A DNA stretch of 64,000 bases from positions 1 to 64,000 of the forward strand of contig JAANOX010000255.1 of assembly GCA_020184695.1 (NCBI GenBank), written 5' to 3'. A program made the translations under genes and the position numbers. This DNA comes from Histomonas meleagridis 2922-C6/04-290x. Taxonomy: Eukaryota > Protista > Parabasalia. Position 1 is the stretch's first letter. Every line of letters starts with the position of its first letter. This document shows, piece by piece, positions 1 through 8,721 of the stretch. A model generated the notes under the pieces. It was given only the letters and a program-made list of their open reading frames with translations, was not told the origin of the DNA and did not search any database.

Positions 1-136
1 GCGATACTTATTTCACATTAGACTTACAAAATGGTCTGAAATACCATACTAATGGTACACCAGAGGGTTATTAAATAAAAATTATTTTAAAATTAGATCT
101 CAGATTTTTTTAAGATTAAAAATTAGAATTGATTGT

Positions 137-394
137 TTATTGATACGGATGAGTGATCGCGTAGTCAAGTGCTCTATCGAACTGCTCTAGGTATTCCGGC
201 TTCAAGATGCGCCTGTAGCATTGACTCCAATTAAGTAAACTTTCAAGGCAGCCAGGGACTAGGTTTTTAAGAGGCTCACGAGTTTCTTCTCCTGTGCTCC
301 AGTGCACCAGGAAAGAGACCGCCCCATCTTTGAACTCGGGATCAGAGATATGATCGACTGCGTACTCTTGTTCCATTCCTGAAAGTGAAGTCAT
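137..394 (-). CDS. Small chromodomain-like protein
   Basis: YAVDHISD...FLVHWSTGEETREPLKNL follows the chromodomain pattern (Y-x-V-x-x-I ... F-L-V-x-W ... T-x-E-P-x-x-N-L); visibly more GC-rich than its neighbours. Confidence 0.6.
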   Translation of the reverse strand: MTSLSGMEQEYAVDHISDPEFKDGAVSFLVHWSTGEETREPLKNLVPGCLESLLNWSQCYRRILKPEYLEQFDRALDYAITHPYQ

Positions 395-762
395 GCAAAA
401 ATATTGTCTCTCAATTAAACTTTTTGATATATTTTTTATTATTTTGAAACGAACACCCTTTCAAATATTGAGAAAATAGGTTAGGACTTTGTGTCATTTG
501 ACAAGTCATTTTTTTTTTTTTTATCACAACATAATTGTATTGTGATAAAATATTTTTCAAAAGTTTATAATTCAGTAAACTTTTTATTTAGTTTATTTAC
601 GGTAAACACATTTGTTTAAATAGTTTACATATACTAAATAATTAGATTTTTATTTATAGATCATTTTTGAGGTTGATTATTTTGTGGCATTAATGTATTA
701 GCATAATTTTTGTAATACATTCAATTTATTTACATAAGCATTATATTTATTTAAAATCATTA

Positions 763-1044
763 TTAAATATTTGATTTAACAATTCCATTACAGATATTGG
801 ATAAGCTTTGATCCAATTGTTCAGGCGTTATATTTTGTAAAGGATTCTTTATAGTAGGATGATATTTTTCATCTATAAATTTATAAATTTGTTTTCTAAG
901 TAAATTATGATATTTATTATATACAGTTACAGTTAATGTTATTACATTTTTATTTTTAACGATAGAAAACGAAGGTTTAATATTTATAGCAGTAAAATCA
1001 CAATCTTTAAACTCTTGAGCGAAGCACGTATAAAGAGCTTCCAT
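763..1044 (-). CDS. Hypothetical protein of the virus-like element
   Basis: 93-aa ATG ORF divergent from the ATPase gene, same composition as the element. Confidence 0.45.
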   Translation of the reverse strand: MEALYTCFAQEFKDCDFTAINIKPSFSIVKNKNVITLTVTVYNKYHNLLRKQIYKFIDEKYHPTIKNPLQNITPEQLDQSLSNICNGIVKSNI

Positions 1045-1066
1045 TAAAAAATAATGAAGTGACAGA

Positions 1067-1897
1067 ATGCTTTTTATGAAATTATTTTATTTTATGGAAA
1101 ACGATATTAATATTGATGCTATAGATAATATGATTGATTATTGTTTATATAAAAATAAACCTAAATTAAATGAAGAATTAATAAGTGAAATTCATCCAGA
1201 AGTGAATGTACCTTATAATTCTTTAAATATAGCAGTAGGTAGACAAAGAAGGGGAAAAACACAATGTATAATTAGAGAAATTATTAAAATAAGCAATATT
1301 AGTCCTAGAACACATTTATTAATTTATATTTATAAAAATGGATTATAAAATGATCCTACATTTGAATCATTAAAACCTTTAATTAAAATCCCAATTTCAT
1401 ATGTAGCTGAAAATCAAGCAGAAGATATAGTTAAAGATATATTAAAATGGATACAATTTTATAATGAAATTAAAAATAATCATTGGGAAAATAAAATAGT
1501 AGATAAGCAAATAAATGAATTATTTGAAAAATTATAATATATTAATAATTTTAATAATTTAACTTTACATATTATAATATTTTTTGAAGATTGTGCTAAT
1601 AGTCCTTTATTTAAAAAACCTACTAATTATTTTAATCAATTATTTACTAAATTAGCTCATATTCAATGTTCTGTATTTTTCGCTGTACAATTTTGGAAAT
1701 CTTTACCTGCTGAAGTTAAAGCTAATGTAAGTACTATATTTATATTTCCTAATTTCTCTAAACAACAATTAAGATATATGATTGAACAAATACCATTACC
1801 TTATACTAAAGATCAAATTTATTCAGTTTATCAAAAATTAACTGGTCATCAAAAAATGATTATTGATGTTAATAATCAAAATATAAAAATTGAATAA
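1067..1897 (+). pseudogene. A32/FtsK-like DNA packaging ATPase, disrupted
   Basis: Walker A GRQRRGKT in the ORF; reading continues in frame after TAA 1346-1348 (NDPTFESLKPLIK...); after a frameshift near 1535, Walker B IIIFFED (~1571-1591) and LAHIQCSVFFAVQ, ending TAA at 1897. Confidence 0.8.
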
Positions 1898-1927
1898 AAA
1901 AAATTTTTTTTAAAATCATTTTTTTTA

Positions 1928-3013
1928 ATGCAACAAGATGTGATATATGGAACACGTAGACCACGAAATAAAGATGGTACACGTATATATCCACCAATTA
2001 TTAAAAAAAAGAACCTAAAAGATATGTTACAGAGGGTGATGCTAAATATATTTTTGATGATGATTTAAGTCATTATAAATATCATGGTGCTGATAGTACA
2101 TTAATTGATGAGAATATGAAAGCTTTAGCACATCTAATTCTTGATTTAAAGAAAGATGTTAGAAAAAGTTAGAGATGCACAAACATATAATGGTGCTTTG
2201 GAATATGTTAACAAACATAATGATGGTAAAGATCCAAGATATCATTGGTCAGTAAAACAAGAAGATATTAATGAAGATGGAATTCCAGATATTATTATAA
2301 GAGATCAACATAAAAAGAGCTAAATTTGTTAATGTATATACAATAAAAAAAAAAGATCCTTATCAAGTAGCATATATGGAATATTTACAAAAGAATTATG
2401 GTAATCCCTACAAAAAAAGAAGACAACATAGAGCAGATGGAAAGAAGATTAAATCTTTCAATGAATGGCTAGATAGTGAAGTAAGAACAGTAAAATATGA
2501 TAAACCATTCGATGATCCAACTGTCCAATATAATCCTGAATATGATGAATTTAGGGAAAAAGTGAAAAGGGCTAATGATAACTATTATAGAGATACTGGT
2601 GTTATGAATATTTATAAATTACATAGTACTCCAAGAAGAAGGTCAGCAAATGCAGTATTTACAAGTTTACTTGTTAAAGATGCATATAAAACTTTCGTTG
2701 ATAAATATGAAGGTAATAGTGAATATCAAGGAAGAATTAGGGGTTATTGTCCAATACTTCAATTATCTGCTGCATTATACAAATTAATGGTAATTCCTAA
2801 AGTAGAAGAACTATTAAAAAAACGTAATATTCCAAATATTGAAGCAGGTAAAAAATATAAATTGGAGACAGGTGAAAGTTATTATTCAACTGCTTGTAAA
2901 AAGTTGTTACTGATTTGTTAGAAGATCCTAACCATGAACAAATAATGTTAGATGCAGTTAAAAAATATGTAGTAAGTATAATTGGTACACCTAATGGATT
3001 AGCAGATGAGTAA
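1928..3013 (+). pseudogene. Frameshifted virus-element gene (includes ORF 2376-2921) with a DINEDGIPD Ca-binding-like motif
   Basis: ATG at 1928; manual reading across several frameshifts joins to ORF 2376-2921 and to a tail ending TAA 3011-3013; DxNxDGxPD at 2264-2290. Confidence 0.5.
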
Positions 3014-3049
3014 GTTAATAAACAAAAATTTTTAAAATCATTATTTTTT

Positions 3050-3574
3050 ATGATTAAAATAAGTGATTTCTCACCCCATGTAGGGAAGAATAATACTGAA
3101 CATAATAGTTCTAGTGCTAATTGTAAAGTTATTATTAATAATAACAATAGTGAAACACCAGCACATTATCCTGAAGTTAATGAAGAAACATCAAAAAAAA
3201 TAATTACAAGAGAAACTGAAATTAATACTGATAATGCTAGTGCTTTATATAAACATATAGCTTTAACATTTAGTGCGATATTAAAAACAAATAATATGAA
3301 ATTAATAGCAAATTTAATTGATAATAGTGGTAAAATTATAATTAATGCTAATGATTTAGTACAAGCTATAAGTTTAATTTTAGAAATTGATTTTAATCAA
3401 GTTAGATTAAGTTATGAAGATCCTGAACCTGGATGTTTAAAACATGTAAATCCAATTAAAAAAGTTAATTCAATTAAGATTAATGGGTATGATTTTAATT
3501 CTCAATATAATAAAGAATATAACACATTAATGGATGAATTTAATATTTCCTTAGAAAAAGTATTTATTTATTAA
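3050..3574 (+). CDS. Hypothetical protein of the virus-like element
   Basis: Intact 174-aa ORF; LIANLIDNSGKIII...YNKEYNTL segment is reminiscent of trichomonad Maverick hypothetical ORFs (from memory, not searched). Confidence 0.6.
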   Translation: MIKISDFSPHVGKNNTEHNSSSANCKVIINNNNSETPAHYPEVNEETSKKIITRETEINTDNASALYKHIALTFSAILKTNNMKLIANLIDNSGKIIINANDLVQAISLILEIDFNQVRLSYEDPEPGCLKHVNPIKKVNSIKINGYDFNSQYNKEYNTLMDEFNISLEKVFIY

Positions 3575-4743
3575 TAAAACATCATTGGATCTTTTTCTTT
3601 TGAAGGTATAATAATTGCATTTGGAACTGGATTTAATAAATATCTTGGTACTGACATTTTTATTCCTTTATCATTATGAATATTAAATTTACCTTTTTCA
3701 AAATTATCTACTATATAAATATCTGGTAATATTTTTGATCTCTTTTTTAATTGATCTGTGTTATAAACTGTTACTGTTGTACCAGGAGGTAAATAAAATC
3801 CTTTTTGTTTCATAATATTATAATTTAATTTATGTAGAGATAAACCAAAAAGATTTTTTTGTTTTTATTTTAGATTCATATGGTGATATTTTTTTATTAT
3901 TTAATTTAGATAATTTTTTATGATAAGTATGATTATAATTATGTATAATTTTATTCATATCATGAGGTTGAATATATTCTAAACCCATATTATCAGCCAT
4001 ATCTCTAATAGTTCTACAAATTCTATTAATTATAGCTAAAGATGAATGTATAGGATAAGATTTATTTTTAATTATTATTCTCTCAACAGGAATTATTTTA
4101 GTACCAATTAAATGATTTGAAATATATTGTAAAGGTTTTGATAAAAATGTTGTTTCTGAATCACAATGAATAATTTTAGGATTAAATAAACCTGTACCAT
4201 AAAGTTCAAATAAAGCTTTAGCTACACTTTCGATTGATTTTTTACTATGTTTATCGTTTATTTTAATATTAGTAAAAGTACCAAATAAATATCTAGTTTG
4301 TACTTCTACAGCTAATAAATAACAATAATCATAATTAAATTCATCACTAAAAAAAAAAAATAAATCCATTTGATATTCTCCATTACCTCCAATATATTTT
4401 AATTGATATTTTTTATTTAATTTGAAAGGAAAATAATTTATATTCGTTTTTATTTTACCTATATTTGTATAATCAATACTATAAGGTATATTTAATTTTT
4501 TAAATAAATATTTATTTTTATTTAAAGTTTTAAAACCTGTATTAATATTTTGTTTATCTTCATAAATATTGTAAGAATCATTTGGAGTTACATATCTAAA
4601 ATGATAAAAATAATATAAAAGATATAATGAATAAGCATAATCTAATGGAATATTTTCTGTTATATTTGAGTTAGTTAATTTTTGTAATTAAGAAATTAAT
4701 AAATTCTTGTATAGTTTTAGGTTTCCCATTTTTTTAAAATCAT
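3571..4743 (-). pseudogene. Retroviral-type (rve, Maverick c-integrase-like) integrase, frameshifted
   Basis: Core MDL...LLAVEVQTRYLF...IHCDSE...HSSLAIINRICRTIRD (3830-4369); SH3-like C-terminal piece 3571-3813; frameshifted N-terminus back to ATG 4743. Confidence 0.8.
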
Positions 4744-5168
4744 TTTTCTACTTCTTTTGCAAATATTTTATGAAGTAATTTTCTTAAAGGTGTATATTTT
4801 AGAATAATAGATTTATAATAGTTATAATATTCATTTAATGGATATAAACCTATATGACCATCAATATAATCTATATTATATTTTTTAATAATATCATTAA
4901 TTAATTTCTTAAATTCATTAAAATCTAGGTTTGGATTAATTTGGGTTTTTCTTAAAAAAATTATAATAAAAACTATTAATTTTAAAAAATTATTTAATGA
5001 TAAATCAAATTTCAGATTACGAAAAATCAATTTTAAATTTTGCATTAAAAATTCGTAAAAAGAAGGCTGTTTTTCAGGTCCTTCATCATTAAGTAAGGCT
5101 AAACGTCGTACTTCATCTAATGGAGATTTATTGATGCTAGGTTCTTTTTTTGGTTCACGTTCTTCCAT
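4740..5168 (-). CDS. Hypothetical protein of the virus-like element
   Basis: 142-aa ATG ORF whose TGA overlaps the integrase ATG. Confidence 0.55.
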   Translation of the reverse strand: MEEREPKKEPSINKSPLDEVRRLALLNDEGPEKQPSFYEFLMQNLKLIFRNLKFDLSLNNFLKLIVFIIIFLRKTQINPNLDFNEFKKLINDIIKKYNIDYIDGHIGLYPLNEYYNYYKSIILKYTPLRKLLHKIFAKEVEK

Positions 5169-5203
5169 TCTAAAAAAATAAAAATGAAATAAAATATTTT
5201 TTT

Positions 5204-7190
5204 TTATTCTTTAAATATACTCAATAAATGTTCATCTATTTTACCTGTTACTTTACCAACTATTGAATTTAATATTTTAGTAGTTATTACTAAATCATCT
5301 GATAATTTATTACCATCAAATAATACTACATCACCAATTTCATAATCTGCGGTATTATTTACTCTAAAATAAAAATCTCCATGTGTTGCAAAATCAATAG
5401 TATCTTGTAAAATTTCGATTTCTCTTTTAATAACATCACCTATTGAAGCTTTATATCCAGTTCCATGTTTAGCTACACATATCCCTAAATATTCTTTATA
5501 AGTACCTGATGTTTTAACTGATGGAATACAATCAGTTGATGAAGTATTCGTAACATATTTACCTTCATTGGTTAGAGCATAAACATTACCTGTTAAAAAT
5601 ACTGGTGAACCAATTTGAAATTGTGTTAAGTCTTCTTCAACAGGTGCATTATGAATAATAGTTGTATTTATTTGTTCAAGACCTCCAGTTCCTTCGAATG
5701 TATTAAATGTAGTTGCAATATAATATATTGCACTATATATATCAGAAAATGTACCATTATCTTGTTTCTTTTGTGTTACAGATTCAAAATATAATCTTCC
5801 ATATTTTTTATCTTCAGTAGGTGTACATCCATAAATTCTCCATAATAATTGATATGTATTACCTGATTCTTCAATTATACTGTGAAATAAAGTTAATTTA
5901 GTAGATTCTAAACTAGTGAATTGACCAGTACCGGATTTTATATTTCCTGTATTATCAATACCATTAGTTTTTACAGAGTACATAATTTTGAAGCAATTTG
6001 AGTTATTACAACCTAATGTATCAAGAGCTGCTGAGTAATAAAAACCATTGCAACCTTTTAGTGTTGGTTTAAATTCCATAACATTCCCTTTACATTGTAT
6101 TCTAAAACTATAATCATTTTCATATCCATCACTAGTATGCATATCTATATAAGGACCTGTTTCTAAAACACCATCGTTTTTAATAACTGCAATTGAAGGT
6201 ACACTAATATTTAAATTTGAATCTGAAGGAGATGAATTTAAAGCAAAACCATTAATTGTTGAACATGTGATATTTTCTGGATTTGATGCTGTAGGAATAT
6301 CTGTTAAATCATTATAACTATGTGTATGATTTGTTGCAACATATTGTGTATCATGATTATGATCTTTTGAAGCATACTCCGTATGTGTATGTACTGAGGG
6401 TGGAAATGATTCAGGTTTATCAGATAAATCATTATAACTATGCGTATGTTCTGAAGGTGGGAATGTTTCAGGTTTATCATTTAAGTCATTATAACTATGA
6501 GTATGAACTGTAGGTGGAAATGTTTCAGGTTTATCATTTAAATCGTTATAACTATGAGTATGTTCTGATGAAGCATAGTTTGTATGTTCATGATCTTTTT
6601 TAGCATAAATCTCATCATGATTATGATCATTCAAAGATATCTTAGTTGTATCTACATTATTAATAGTTGCACATTGAATATTTCCATTACTTCCAAAACT
6701 TAATAATGAACCAGTTTTTGATTTAAAATCTAATGAATTAGTATTAGCAGTTATTCTCCATGTATTATCTTTATCATAATCTGCATTATTATGCATATCA
6801 ATATATTGTCCAACTTCTACAACACCATCTTCTTTTAATGTAATAATAGATGGCACATATAATTTTGTATCCCATTTACCACCTTCTGCAGTTGTTAATT
6901 GAAAACCATTTAATGAATTAACTTGTACATTCCCATTTACTGTTAAATCATTATTTATTGTATTATGAGTATGACTTTTTTTGTTGAATATTTTTTTCAT
7001 CTGATTGCGATTTATTATAATATAATTGAGGTAATGTAATCGAAGTTATAGTATTAAGTTTTTTTCTGTTATTTGATCATTTGTAGGATAATTTTTCTAA
7101 AAGTTCTTGTAAGTCATCTTTATCAATAATTTCAGGAGCAGCAACAACATTAGTTTTTATACCTTTCGTAGCATTCTCAATACTAAACAT
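5204..7190 (-). CDS. Fibre/spike-like protein with HxH repeats (5' end frameshifted; probable original ATG ~7190)
   Basis: 598-aa ORF 5204-7000 with HTHSYNDL repeats, two GVxExGxYIDMH...D...RI modules and a C-terminal THGDFYFRV...IGD domain; upstream ATG at 7190 joins via frameshifts. Confidence 0.7.
6305..6570 (-). repeat. 57-nt (19-aa) coding tandem repeat HTHSYNDLxDKPExFPPxx
   Basis: Units at 6425, 6482 and 6539 are 57 nt apart; a related copy lies at 6305. Confidence 0.9.
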
Positions 7191-7212
7191 TGATAAAAAA
7201 TGATTTTTTTAT

Positions 7213-7557
7213 TTAATAAATTAATAATAATTCTAACATAAAATATTCTGGATCAATTTCTTTACCATTCATTTCTTTAAACCATATTTTAAAATTTGGT
7301 TTTCTACTATTATATTCATATTTCTTATATTTAGTCCTGTTTTTATTTGTATAAATACAAAAATAATCTTCATAATGGTCACGTTCAATGAAATCAGCAT
7401 GCATTGAAACATCAGATACTAAATAATCCTTAAATTTACACTTACATTGCTGTACTACTATATATCTAGGATTTTTGAGAATCGACAAATTCAGGCGGAA
7501 AACGGTTTTTCTTTTTGTGAAGTACAAAAATACGTTTTTAGTCACAGGTTTAAGCAT
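7213..7557 (-). CDS. Small beta-rich protein of the virus-like element (possible minor structural protein)
   Basis: Intact 114-aa ORF, alternating hydrophobic pattern, ends FMLELLLIY. Confidence 0.5.
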   Translation of the reverse strand: MLKPVTKNVFLYFTKRKTVFRLNLSILKNPRYIVVQQCKCKFKDYLVSDVSMHADFIERDHYEDYFCIYTNKNRTKYKKYEYNSRKPNFKIWFKEMNGKEIDPEYFMLELLLIY

Positions 7558-7859
7558 TTATAAAAAAATAAAGTTTGCCATGCGATCAAACTATATAACC
7601 GTCGCGCTTTGACTACAAACCTCTGACCAAAGATAAATTGAATAGGATAAATGTCCGGCCAAACATAACCGGGGACAATTTGTGCTGGTTATACGAGGTT
7701 TTTGATATGTTTATGCGAAAAGTGGCATAAAAAGTGCTATCGTCCCTATGAAAAAGTTTCGCGTTCTCTCAAAATTGAATGCTCATTCAAATTTTCTATC
7801 GAATTGTATGGCTCACAAAAATCATTTTGATTTTTGTTGCGAGCGGAGCGAGCACACTC

Positions 7860-7936
7860 GGGGGATTGAAGGGGTCTGAGACCTCCGGAGGGGTCCGAAG
7901 GGCACCTCCGGGGGTCGAAGACCCCGGAAATCCCCC
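7860..7936. other. GC-rich multibranch stem-loop (three hairpins inside an 8-bp outer stem)
   Basis: GGGGGATT 7860-7867 pairs with AATCCCCC 7929-7936; inner hairpins 7871-7885, 7887-7909 and 7911-7925 have TGA/GAA/GAA triloops. Confidence 0.8.
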
Positions 7937-7950
7937 CAGTGAAAAGTAAA

Positions 7951-8027
7951 GGTCGGGAATGATCACGAGGTCCCTAGGGGCCCCGCCGGGGGCGGGGCCC
8001 CTAGGGACCTCGTGATCATTCCCGACC
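7951..8027. repeat. Perfect 37-bp inverted repeat with 3-nt loop
   Basis: 7951-7987 is the exact reverse complement of 7991-8027; loop GGG. Confidence 0.98.
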
Positions 8028-8252
8028 GCATTATATACCTACCGAAACACGCGTTTTATAATTTGAAGGCAAAATTAACTTTTTCATAACTCATTCAAAT
8101 AATTTTGCCCGCCAATTTTTCAGTACTTATTCAATTATTAATCGTTTTGCCACTAAATTCAATGTCAATTTAAAAATTTTTACATTTGCCATTTATCGCA
8201 ATATTTTTCTTTATCTATTCAAATATTTTTTACAACAAGCACTCGACCGTTA

Positions 8253-8650
8253 AAATTCATCAACCGTCATTTTCTCCGTCCGTTAATTTATACCAAAAAT
8301 CAGACAGAAAACCGTTAAAAAATTTTTTTCGGAAACCGTCAAAAAAAGTTTATTTATTACAATCTACTTTTTCAGCGGTTGTTCAAATTCATCAACCGTC
8401 ATTTTCTTCGTCCGTTAATTTTTCGTAAACGTATCACTAACGAACGTTAATTTGATATCAACTGACATGTTATATGAAATGAAAAAACATGTGATATGAC
8501 ACGAAAAGCCATGCGACATGAAATGCTTTTCCGGAAACGACATGTGAAAATGAAAAACAGCCATGTCATGTGAAATGTCTATATAAAAGTGCCACAGACA
8601 TTTGATATGTAGATTCACACAAAAAGTGACACCAAAAGTGACACAAAATG
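8253..8650. repeat. Short direct-repeat region (AAATTCATCAACCGTCATTTTCT x2; CATG/GACATGTGA and AAAAGTGACAC repeats)
   Basis: Copies at ~8253 and ~8385; degenerate CATGTG repeats 8460-8580; AAAAGTGACAC x2 at 8622-8643. Confidence 0.7.
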
Positions 8651-8721
8651 AGGGTCATATGAACTCCCTAACCCTCACCCGAATCGGATAAAATAAGCGT
8701 TTTTCGGATGATATTACAAAA

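Larger units (their letters stand above)
763..8030. mobile_element. Degenerate Maverick/Polinton-like (virus-like) element; left end not identified
   Basis: Compact AT-rich gene block with packaging ATPase, rve integrase, fibre-like protein and overlapping start/stop codons (ATGA at 4740-4743, shared TTAA at 3571-3574); GC-rich hairpin region at right end. Confidence 0.8.

Noticed and set aside
400-760. Left terminal inverted repeat of the virus-like element
   Set aside because: No reverse-complement match to the 7560-8030 end; only a small 11-bp-arm palindrome (519-550) that is unremarkable in AT-rich DNA
1346-1348. Alternative genetic code (TAA as sense)
   Set aside because: Several 800-1050-aa ORFs in very AT-rich DNA contain no in-frame TAA/TAG and end at standard stops
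7839-8030. rRNA, tRNA or snRNA gene
   Set aside because: GC-rich and structured, but no recognisable conserved RNA motifs or Pol III boxes
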